Below, piece after piece: positions 7,148 to 15,336 of a stretch of 32,000 nt of DNA (its first letter is position 1; the number at the start of each line of letters is the position of its first letter). The notes below the pieces were generated by a model. It saw only the letters and a program-made list of their open reading frames with translations. It did no database searches and had not been told where the DNA came from. Made by a program: the position numbers and the translations under genes. Origin of the DNA: Desulfocapsa sulfexigens DSM 10523 (GTDB taxonomy: Bacteria > Desulfobacterota > Desulfobulbia > Desulfobulbales > Desulfocapsaceae); the NCBI RefSeq assembly GCF_000341395.1, contig NC_020304.1, positions 30,001 through 62,000 of the forward strand, in the 5' to 3' direction.

Positions 7148-9511
7148 GTGAGTGCTACTGTTGTAAAAGGCCTGGACAAAAATGGCCGTAGAATCAGTTC
7201 CATGGACTTTGAAGCCATGGTTCAGGCAGCTGCCAGAACAAGCAGCTCCATCCAGATCGAATCCATGGGCCAACATAACCTTGGAATTCGACTGCAGCAT
7301 GCAGACGGTTTGTCCATTGAAGTATCCGGACCCACCGGACAGCGTCTTGGCTGCATGGGAATGCCTGGAACCACCATCACCTGTAAAGGTGCAGCATCCG
7401 ACGATGTCGGCTACCTGAACATTGGTGCAGAAATCACCGTACTTGGCGATGCCACCAATGGTGTCTGTAATGCCATGGCCAACGGAAAAGTCTATATAGG
7501 CGGATCAATTGGTGCCCGTGGACTGACCATGACCAAATGGAATCCAGATTACGAAAAACCCGAGCTCTGGGTACTCGGCTCTGCAGGTGATTCCTTTGCA
7601 GAGTTTAATTGTGGCGGCGTAGCTGTTATTTGCGGTGAGAATGCAAAAAACCCCGAAAATGTTACCGGCTATCGTCCCTGTGTGGGAATGGTTGGCGGCA
7701 CCATCTTTTTCCGTGGTAAAACAGACAATTCTTATTCCAGAAATAATGCCCGTCTGGCACCTCCGACGGATGAACAGTGGCAGTGGCTCGAAGAAAACAT
7801 GCCTGGCTATCTTGGGAAAATCGGGCGTGAAGATCTAAAAAATTCCCTCCTGGTTCGCGATGAATGGCAGGTATTAAATGCTGTTTCCCCACAGGAAAGG
7901 GCATTGCTTTTCTCAGGCCCCATGCCCATGGCTGAATTTCGCAATAAACACTGGAATCAGGCTTTTGGTGGTGGAGACCCGCTTCGCGATCTGGCACCCG
8001 GCCTTGACCGTAGCCCAATTGGGGCAGTACCCACCGGGGATATGCGCCGCAAGAAACCCTATTGGGCCAACCGTGAGTCAGCAGCTCCCTGTACCTATTA
8101 TTGTCCGGTGCATATTCCCACCGTTGACCGTTTACGATTGATCCGTGACGGACAGATAGACGAAGCTTATGAAATGCTGCTTCAATATACACCGCTGCCT
8201 GCATCTGTCTGCGGTGCTGTTTGCCCGAATCTCTGCATGGAGAACTGCTCCCGCCAGGGAGTGGATGATCCTATTGACGTTCAGGTACTTGGTCGATCCG
8301 TAAGTTCTGCCAGATCTCCTGAAGTTGCAGCTTCACTTGGGAAAAAGGTTGCCATCGTTGGTGGTGGGCCTGCTGGAATGAATGCTGCCTGGCAGCTTGC
8401 TCACGCCGGTGTTGAAGCCCATATATTCGAAAAAGACGATTTTATCGGTGGTAAGCTTGCCCAGGTAATTCCATGGGAACGACTGTCCCAGGCCATATGG
8501 GATCAGGAAGTAAAACGGTTCCTGGAAACTCCAAACATTCACACCAACCTTGGCGTGGATATGAGCAAGGAAACTTTCGCCAAACTTAAAGAAGAATTTG
8601 ATTATGTGATTGTTGCAGTTGGAACCCACGAGCCTCGCAAGATTCCCTTTCCTGGACATGAAACAGTTATCCCGGCACTTGACTTCCTGAAAAAAGCAAA
8701 GAGTGCAACTCCTGAGAAGGTTGGCAAAGAAGTCGTTATTATCGGAGCTGGTAATGTTGGTTGTGATGTAGCCTGTGAAGCCTATCGGCTTGGTGCGGAA
8801 AAGGTAACGCTCGTTGATATCCAGAAACCTCTTGCTTTTGGTAAGGAAAAGGAAGCAGCCGAGGCACTTGGTGCGGAATTTCGCTGGCCCGTTATGACCA
8901 GAGAAGTCACTCCTGAAGGCCTTGTAATGGATACCGGTGAGCTCATTCCTGCTCAGACAGTTATCATCTCCATTGGTGATGTTCCCAAACTCCAGTTCCT
9001 TCCAGACTCCGTTGAAACGCTTAGTATTGGAGGTGCGGCCTGGCTAAAAACCAATGAAGCACATCTCACCACCGATGCCAAAGTTCTTGCCATTGGTGAC
9101 GTTGAAAGACCTGGTCTTGCAACCAATGCTCTTGGTGCCGGTAAGACAGCTGCAGAATATATTATTTCGCAGTTCAAGGGAGAAGAGTGGAAACCTTTTA
9201 CGAAAAAGGTAATCACTCAACAGGCACTGACCATTACTCATTACATTCCCGATCTTGAGCATGAGCATTCCCAGGAAAACTCCGCCGAGCGTTGTCTATC
9301 CTGCGCGTCATGCCGTGACTGCCACCTCTGCGAGACAATCTGTCCAGAAGGTGCTATTAGTCGCAGAGAGCTTGAATTTGCTCACACAAATGGCTACGAA
9401 TCCGGGCTTGGAGCATCCTATGAGTATGTTTCCGATGATAAAAAATGTATAGCATGTGGATTTTGTGCCGATACCTGCCCCTGCGGAATCTGGACACTGA
9501 GACCCTTCTAG
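7148..9511 (+). CDS. gltD: Fused glutamate synthase GXGXG domain + GltD-type FAD/NAD(P)H oxidoreductase + C-terminal 4Fe-4S ferredoxin module (787 aa)
   Basis: GXGXG-like repeat region (GYLNIGAEITVLGDATNGVCNAMANGKVYIGGSIGARG). GltD-like CTYYCPVHIPTVDRLRLIRDG and VAIVGGGPAGMNAAWQLAHAGVEAHIFEK. C-terminal CLSCASCRDCHLCETICPEGAI and CIACGFCADTCPCGIW. GTG start. Confidence 0.9.
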   Translation: MSATVVKGLDKNGRRISSMDFEAMVQAAARTSSSIQIESMGQHNLGIRLQHADGLSIEVSGPTGQRLGCMGMPGTTITCKGAASDDVGYLNIGAEITVLGDATNGVCNAMANGKVYIGGSIGARGLTMTKWNPDYEKPELWVLGSAGDSFAEFNCGGVAVICGENAKNPENVTGYRPCVGMVGGTIFFRGKTDNSYSRNNARLAPPTDEQWQWLEENMPGYLGKIGREDLKNSLLVRDEWQVLNAVSPQERALLFSGPMPMAEFRNKHWNQAFGGGDPLRDLAPGLDRSPIGAVPTGDMRRKKPYWANRESAAPCTYYCPVHIPTVDRLRLIRDGQIDEAYEMLLQYTPLPASVCGAVCPNLCMENCSRQGVDDPIDVQVLGRSVSSARSPEVAASLGKKVAIVGGGPAGMNAAWQLAHAGVEAHIFEKDDFIGGKLAQVIPWERLSQAIWDQEVKRFLETPNIHTNLGVDMSKETFAKLKEEFDYVIVAVGTHEPRKIPFPGHETVIPALDFLKKAKSATPEKVGKEVVIIGAGNVGCDVACEAYRLGAEKVTLVDIQKPLAFGKEKEAAEALGAEFRWPVMTREVTPEGLVMDTGELIPAQTVIISIGDVPKLQFLPDSVETLSIGGAAWLKTNEAHLTTDAKVLAIGDVERPGLATNALGAGKTAAEYIISQFKGEEWKPFTKKVITQQALTITHYIPDLEHEHSQENSAERCLSCASCRDCHLCETICPEGAISRRELEFAHTNGYESGLGASYEYVSDDKKCIACGFCADTCPCGIWTLRPF

Positions 9512-9537
9512 TATCAATCCTCCCCATCCCGTTAACA

Positions 9538-9570
9538 GATCCCTGCAGGTGACCCCCTGTGGGGATTTTG
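9538..9570 (+). terminator. Probable terminator after the glutamate synthase operon
   Basis: ATCCC...GGGAT hairpin followed by ttttg. Confidence 0.4.
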
Positions 9571-9661
9571 TTTCTTGACTTTTCTGTACCTTTTTGAAAG
9601 ACTTCTAACGCATCACACATTATTTTTTGTTTTTCAAAGAAAATAATCTGGTCAGGTAATT

Positions 9662-9690
9662 ATACTGGCGTATCAAGCGTTCGCCAGTAT
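9662..9690. promoter_or_regulatory. 9-bp perfect inverted repeat upstream of the PhnD-like gene
   Basis: ATACTGGCG (9662-9670), 11 nt, CGCCAGTAT (9682-9690). No T tract follows. Confidence 0.4.
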
Positions 9691-9757
9691 CGGTCGAGCA
9701 GTTATTTGCGGCTCTACACACTTTATTTTTTTATTTCATAAGCCGGGAGGGTTTTCA

Positions 9758-10642
9758 ATGAAACGCTATTTTTCTATTCTAGCTGTCATTCTTTTTTTCT
9801 TTTGCAGTTTCTCTGCCCAGGCCGCAGGTACCGTTAAAATTGGAGTTCTTGCCAAAGATGGTCCGGCAAAAGCTCTAAAAAAATGGACTGCTACCGGAGA
9901 GTACCTCTCCGCCAAGCTTGGCAAGACAGTGGAGATTGTTCCCCTTGATTTTGATAAGGTCAATCCGGCGATCGAAGCAAATGCTGTTGATTTCTTTCTT
10001 ATCAATTCCTCCATGTATGTGACTGCAAAGGTGAAATACGGTGCCAGCGCTATAGCCACAATGATAAACTCCAGGCAGGGACAGGCTCTTGAATCTTTTG
10101 GCGGTGTCATCTTTACAAGTGCCTACAATGACAGCATCAATTCACTTGCTGACTTAAAAGGAAAAACCTTTATGGCTGTTTCAAAATCATCTTTTGGCGG
10201 CTGGCAGATGGCCTACAAAACAATAAAGGATGCAGGCATGGATCCTTTTACAGACTTTGCCAAAGTGGACTTTGCTGGAAAACATGATAACGTTGTTTTT
10301 GCCGTTCAAAATGAACAGGCTCAGGCGGGAACCGTTCGTACTGACACTCTGGAGCGAATGGTTGCAGCTGGGGCTATTGCCATGGAAGATTTCAAAATCA
10401 TCAACAAACAGAGTTCTGCTTTCCCATTTGTCTATTCCACAACACTCTACCCAGAATGGCCTCTCGCTAAAACCGCTGCAACACCAGATACCTTGGCCCA
10501 GGAAGTTGTGGCTGCATTAAAACAGGTTCAAAAAGACGATCCGGCCGCAAGCAACGCAAAAATAATCGGTTGGACCGATCCTCTCGATTACAGCCCTGTT
10601 GAGGAACTTCAGAAGTCCCTTGGAGTTGGAGCATACAAATAA
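9758..10642 (+). CDS. PhnD-like phosphate/phosphite/phosphonate-type periplasmic binding protein
   Basis: Signal peptide MKRYFSILAVILFFFCSFSAQA; VKIGVLAKDGPAKALKKWTATGEYLSAKLGKTVEIVPLDFDKVNPAIEANAVDFFLINSSMYV; SLADLKGKTFMAVSKSSFGGW. Confidence 0.8.
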   Translation: MKRYFSILAVILFFFCSFSAQAAGTVKIGVLAKDGPAKALKKWTATGEYLSAKLGKTVEIVPLDFDKVNPAIEANAVDFFLINSSMYVTAKVKYGASAIATMINSRQGQALESFGGVIFTSAYNDSINSLADLKGKTFMAVSKSSFGGWQMAYKTIKDAGMDPFTDFAKVDFAGKHDNVVFAVQNEQAQAGTVRTDTLERMVAAGAIAMEDFKIINKQSSAFPFVYSTTLYPEWPLAKTAATPDTLAQEVVAALKQVQKDDPAASNAKIIGWTDPLDYSPVEELQKSLGVGAYK

Positions 10643-10657
10643 CCCCCCCTCTCTTCT

Positions 10658-10688
10658 ACCGGACAGGCATACATATAGCCTGTCCGGT
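10658..10688. terminator. Perfect 11-bp hairpin between convergent genes (candidate bidirectional stop, no T tract)
   Basis: ACCGGACAGGC (10658-10668), atacatata, GCCTGTCCGGT (10678-10688). Confidence 0.45.
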
Positions 10689-11225
10689 TCACCTCTCACC
10701 CTGCAGAAAACGAATAAGGAGTTGCTCAAGATCCGACTGGGCCGTAAGAACTACTCCTGTCTTGAGTTCCAACTTTCTCAGTTCCTCTGTGTTTGACTCT
10801 TTCCGAATACGTTTACAAAGATAATTTAAACAGAATATTGGCTTAAAGAGCAGAATACAGCCGCCGGTTCCAAGGAAGCAACACTCTACACCATTATCGC
10901 ACACAGGCCTCACGTCCACTCCCGCTAGAATATTCATAAGAAGGAGCAGGGCATCATTGTTTTCATTGCCCATATAAACACTGCAGCAACCACCTTTTGG
11001 AGCTGCAGCGCATCTGGTACAGGTTTTCCCCATATTCATTGCTGTCATATGAGTATCAAGTAACACCACCTTATCCCTGACACTTCTCAGTTGATCCACT
11101 ATCTCTTCCTGTTGTAAGAGTCCTTTTCCATAAACTTCCAATAACTGCCTGGCTTTTTCTAGCTTCACTGCGCCATCACCGCAATAACAGGTGCTGATAA
11201 TCGTCAGATAATTCATAGGTTTCAC
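10689..11225 (-). CDS. Cysteine-rich protein of unknown function (178 aa), possible metal or Fe-S binding
   Basis: About 12 Cys, including CTRC, GGCC, CDNGVECCFLGTGGC and FCLNYLC, loosely resembling YkgJ-like Cys clusters. Its start overlaps the stop of the upstream PBP gene by 4 nt. Confidence 0.65.
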   Translation of the reverse strand: MKPMNYLTIISTCYCGDGAVKLEKARQLLEVYGKGLLQQEEIVDQLRSVRDKVVLLDTHMTAMNMGKTCTRCAAAPKGGCCSVYMGNENNDALLLLMNILAGVDVRPVCDNGVECCFLGTGGCILLFKPIFCLNYLCKRIRKESNTEELRKLELKTGVVLTAQSDLEQLLIRFLQGER

Positions 11226-13078
11226 CTGGTACTGACTCCACTCATAAATTCACGCCAGACAGGTGCCGCAACGACGCCCCCGTTTCTTCCATTTCCAAGG
11301 CTTTTATTGTCGTCATAACCAAACCACACTCCAGTAAGTGTTTTGTCGGAAAACCCAACAAACCATGCATCTCTGTTATCGTTGGTGGTGCCAGTTTTCC
11401 CTCCGGAGACGGTTCCTAAACCGCCGGCTCTTTTTCCTGTCCCATTGCGAATAACCTCACTCAACAGTCCTTTCATAACACTGGCGACTGAGGAACTCAG
11501 CACCTGGTTTCCAGTGGGTGTGTCTCGAAAAATTTTCCTGCCACCGTTAGAATCTATTCCGCTGATGAGTGTAGGAGAAAAATACTGTCCCTTACAGACA
11601 AATGGTGAGTACGCCGCAGTAATTTCAAGCAAAGAAACACCGGTGGCTCCAAGTGCAAGAGAGAGATCAGAAGTTATGGGAGGCCTTATCCCAAAGGCCT
11701 CTGCAAGTTTCTGAACCCTTTTAATACCAACCTGTTGCAGTAATTTTATGGCAATGATATTTCTGGATTTCACCAGCGCTACTCGTAATGTGGTCTCACC
11801 AAAATACTTCCCGGAAAAATTTCTTGGCCTCCACTCCTTTCCGTCATGGCCGCGAATGGCAAATGGCGAATCCATCAGGGTAGAGTCCGGTGTAAACCCT
11901 TTTGTAAAGGCTGCGGCATAGAGAAGAGGTTTAAACAAAGATCCTGCTGAACGTCTGGCTTGAGTCGCACGATCAAAAGCACTCGTATTAAAATCACGAC
12001 CACCTACTAAAGCTCTGACCCTTCCATTACAGGTATCAAGTGAAACAATTGCTCCCTGCACCTCCTTATCCCCTGAAAAGGAAGAATCCAACCCACGTGT
12101 AAGGGCCGCAGCAGCCAACTGCTGTTGCCTTGAGTCCATGGTAGTATGGATCCGTATTCCCGCACGATTCAGTGATTTCCCAATTATTTTTTCCGCTTGT
12201 TTTGTTACCAGTTGAATAAAATAGCCATTCACTGCTCTTTTTTGATCTGGCTTTTCGGCAAGTTTCAGAGAACGCAGATAGGCATTTTGGGCAGAGGCTT
12301 CACTTACATACCCGTCTGCTGCCATACGATTCAAGACATAGCGCTGCCTCTCAAGGGCAGCATTCATATTTTTGTGCGGAGAGTACCTGCTCGGTGCCTG
12401 GGGTAAACCGGCTAGGATTGCGGCCTCTCCAAGCTTCAAATCCCGGGCACGCTTCCCAAAATACACCTGTGAAGCTGCCTCCACGCCATAGGCACCACTG
12501 CCAAGATAAATCTGATTAAGATAAATATAGAGAATCTCATCCTTACTGAGGAGGGTATCAATCCGCCACGCAAGAATTGCTTCCTTAAATTTTCGGAGGA
12601 AGGTTTTTTCAGGGGTGAGCAGGAGAGACCGCGCCACCTGCTGCGTAATGGTAGAACCTCCCTGTGCACGACGTCCACTGCGCACGTTATTGATTACAGC
12701 TCGAAATACCGACCAGACATCAAGACCCGGATGTTCAAAAAAACGACCATCTTCTGCTGCGACAAAAGCCTGAGGAAGATAGGCCGGCATCTGTGACAGT
12801 GGAACAACAGTCCGGTTTTCGGTGAAAACTCGTTCAATGACATTTCCGTGCCTATCGAGAATTTCTGTAGCCTGGGCAGGTTTATACTCAGCAACACTTC
12901 TGATGTCAGGAATTTTCAACAAAGACAGAATAAGAAGGAGACTACCAAGAAAAACCGTCAGACTAACACTTATAGCAAAAAGAAAACCAATGATGTGCTT
13001 TTCACCATAGGGCTTTGAATAGACACGTTTCGGTTTCGCCACAGAACGTGGCGGCGTTTCTTTTTTAGCTGCTGGCAC
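11222..13078 (-). CDS. Class A penicillin-binding protein (transglycosylase/transpeptidase, PBP1 family)
   Basis: N-terminal TM; AAEDGRFFEHPGLD, GGSTITQQVARSLLL and KFKEAILAWRIDTLLSKDEILYIYLNQIYLG (GT51 motifs); RSAGSLFKPLLYAAAF; SGGKTGTTNDNRDAWFVGF (transpeptidase KTGT). Confidence 0.95.
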   Translation of the reverse strand: MPAAKKETPPRSVAKPKRVYSKPYGEKHIIGFLFAISVSLTVFLGSLLLILSLLKIPDIRSVAEYKPAQATEILDRHGNVIERVFTENRTVVPLSQMPAYLPQAFVAAEDGRFFEHPGLDVWSVFRAVINNVRSGRRAQGGSTITQQVARSLLLTPEKTFLRKFKEAILAWRIDTLLSKDEILYIYLNQIYLGSGAYGVEAASQVYFGKRARDLKLGEAAILAGLPQAPSRYSPHKNMNAALERQRYVLNRMAADGYVSEASAQNAYLRSLKLAEKPDQKRAVNGYFIQLVTKQAEKIIGKSLNRAGIRIHTTMDSRQQQLAAAALTRGLDSSFSGDKEVQGAIVSLDTCNGRVRALVGGRDFNTSAFDRATQARRSAGSLFKPLLYAAAFTKGFTPDSTLMDSPFAIRGHDGKEWRPRNFSGKYFGETTLRVALVKSRNIIAIKLLQQVGIKRVQKLAEAFGIRPPITSDLSLALGATGVSLLEITAAYSPFVCKGQYFSPTLISGIDSNGGRKIFRDTPTGNQVLSSSVASVMKGLLSEVIRNGTGKRAGGLGTVSGGKTGTTNDNRDAWFVGFSDKTLTGVWFGYDDNKSLGNGRNGGVVAAPVWREFMSGVSTR

Positions 13079-13257
13079 AATAATTAAGGACGCTGGTCAA
13101 AGGACTGAAAAAAAAACAATAATGGGGAAAAAGCCCACTCATCAGTTACAAAGGATTTCACGACAAACATTTTCCAGTGCCTCAAAAACGAGCGATCCGG
13201 TCACTTTATAGAAATATGGCCAGATCACTCATTACCAGATGCCGGAGAGGTCACCAA

Positions 13258-14523
13258 TCAACCAAAAACGCCTTTCAGGAAGAAGAAAAATACCATTGCC
13301 ATGATTGCGCCGGCCGGCAGAGTAACAATCCAGGAAACAATAATATTCAGGATCACTCGCAGATCAAGGGCACCAATCCCCCGGGCCAGCCCAACGCCAA
13401 GAACCGCACCAACCAGAATATGTGTGGTCGAAACCGGCAAACCAGTACGGGATGCGAGAACAACCGTACTGGCAGCAGCCAGCTCCGCACAAAAACCACG
13501 TGACGGAGTCAGCTCTGTAATCTTGGTGCCGACGGTCAACATCACTCTATAGCCAAGAGTGACAAGGCCGACAACAATTCCTGTGCCACCAACAAAGAGT
13601 ATCCAGACAGGCATTTCAGACGACTGCATGACTTCACCACCCGATGTAACAATACTGATAACTGCTGCAAGAGGTCCTATTCCGTTAGCAACATCATTGG
13701 AGCCATGAGCAAAGGCCATGGAACAGGCAGTAAAAAGCATCATTGGGGTGAACACCTTTTCCACACTCGCAAAATGAAAATCGCGGTCCGCTTCGGTATC
13801 CTCCTTTACCTTTCTGATAAAAAACATGCCAATAGAGCTGGTAAGAAGACCAATACAGATCGCCAACCCAAAACTCTGTGGTCCTGTAAGTTCTATATGA
13901 AGATGCGCCAAGCCCTTAAACAGGGTCACCAGAGAGATTATAAAGCCTACCAGAAAAATATAGTACGGAGCATATTTTTTGGCATTCCTCAGCGGATTTT
14001 CCGTGTCGAAAATTAATTTCCGAGTCGACAGAACAAGAAGAAACGCGATGGTACCGCCAATGGCCGGAGAGATTACCCAGCTCGCAACAATCTTCCCAAC
14101 CTTTCCCCAGTTCACAGCATCCGGACCGATACCAACAACTGCAAAACCAATTAAAGCACCGACAATGGAGTGAGTGGTAGAGACAGGCCATCCCTTACTC
14201 GATGCGATCATCAGCCACACGGCTGCGGCAAGCAATGCGGCAAGCATTCCATAGACCAGGATCTCCGGTGTTGCAATGATGTTTGTTGGATCTATAATTC
14301 CCTTACGAATTGTTTTAGTGACGTTTCCGCCAGCAAGCACAGCGCCGGCAAACTCAAAAACAATCGCAATACCAATTGCCTGTTTTACCGTTACAGCACC
14401 TGCTCCAACGGATGTGCCCATGGCATTTGCCAGATCATTGGCCCCAATGCCCCATGTCATATAGAGGCCAAAGATTACAGCAAGTGTAATCATAATTGTT
14501 CCATACGCAGCAATAACTTCCAT
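13258..14523 (-). CDS. pit: Inorganic phosphate transporter, PiT family
   Basis: WGIGANDLANAMGTSVGAGAVTVKQA, GWPVSTTHSIVGALIG, AFAHGSNDVANGIGPLAA, RTGLPVSTTHILVGAVLGVG; multiple TM segments. Confidence 0.92.
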   Translation of the reverse strand: MEVIAAYGTIMITLAVIFGLYMTWGIGANDLANAMGTSVGAGAVTVKQAIGIAIVFEFAGAVLAGGNVTKTIRKGIIDPTNIIATPEILVYGMLAALLAAAVWLMIASSKGWPVSTTHSIVGALIGFAVVGIGPDAVNWGKVGKIVASWVISPAIGGTIAFLLVLSTRKLIFDTENPLRNAKKYAPYYIFLVGFIISLVTLFKGLAHLHIELTGPQSFGLAICIGLLTSSIGMFFIRKVKEDTEADRDFHFASVEKVFTPMMLFTACSMAFAHGSNDVANGIGPLAAVISIVTSGGEVMQSSEMPVWILFVGGTGIVVGLVTLGYRVMLTVGTKITELTPSRGFCAELAAASTVVLASRTGLPVSTTHILVGAVLGVGLARGIGALDLRVILNIIVSWIVTLPAGAIMAMVFFFFLKGVFG

Positions 14524-14594
14524 TTTATCTCTCTTCCCTTAGTGTGAACAGCTTAACGACTTCATTCAATATAACTTTTTCCAGAGTCAATCGT

Positions 14595-15281
14595 CTACTT
14601 AGACAGAAACAACAGCAGACGATCGGCCATGTTTTCAGCGTGATCTGAAATATTACCAATCTCTTCAATGATCCGATACCAGAACATGACAGAAACGGGA
14701 TCCAGTTCTTTTTCAATAGTGAAAAGCGTCCGGTTCACCTTCTTCAGAATTTTATCAAGATTATGTTCTGATTTACGTACACCATCGATCATACGGGATA
14801 CCTTATCATGCTCCCTGCCGCTGAATCCGACATGCACTAATTCATCAAGCTCTTCAACCATGTTCTTTGCCTGGGTGATTATCTCCATGGTTCCCTCAAG
14901 CAACTCATCCAGTCCGCCCTTAATGGCGTCGGGCACCGTCATATCCCGATTTACCAGAAGCTGACTGATTTTCTCAACACCATCTGCTACAGAATCCTGT
15001 TCATGAATCAGACTAAGTAGATCCTTTCTGTCAACGGGAAGCAACAGAGTCTTCGGCATATTGTGCCTGTACGTCGCCTTGATCCCATCCGCTTCAGTTT
15101 CCAGAACCCCTATCTGCCCTGCAAGCTCAGTCACCTCACCCTGCTCTTTTCTATAAAGTGCATCAAAAAGGGCGGGCAGTAACATAACACAGGAAAAAAC
15201 TGTCCGCATATGTTCCTGAATTGGCTTAAACGGTGACTTTCGAAGTAAACCCGCTAAGGGGTTCGTTGACATTGCTACCAT
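14595..15281 (-). CDS. TIGR00153/DUF47-family PhoU-like phosphate transport partner protein
   Basis: LLRKSPFKPIQEHMRTVFSCVMLLPALFDA, ISDHAENMADRLLLFL; helical PhoU-like protein directly upstream of pit on the same strand. Confidence 0.85.
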   Translation of the reverse strand: MVAMSTNPLAGLLRKSPFKPIQEHMRTVFSCVMLLPALFDALYRKEQGEVTELAGQIGVLETEADGIKATYRHNMPKTLLLPVDRKDLLSLIHEQDSVADGVEKISQLLVNRDMTVPDAIKGGLDELLEGTMEIITQAKNMVEELDELVHVGFSGREHDKVSRMIDGVRKSEHNLDKILKKVNRTLFTIEKELDPVSVMFWYRIIEEIGNISDHAENMADRLLLFLSK

Positions 15282-15336
15282 AATATATTTCTCCCTCTCT
15301 TGAGAACTGTTAAAGATAAACAGAATTTCATAGGAC

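Noticed and set aside
13177-13503. Plus-strand 108-aa ORF over the end of the pit gene
   Set aside because: Largely antisense to pit, Gln/Asn/Arg-rich composition, no domain support.
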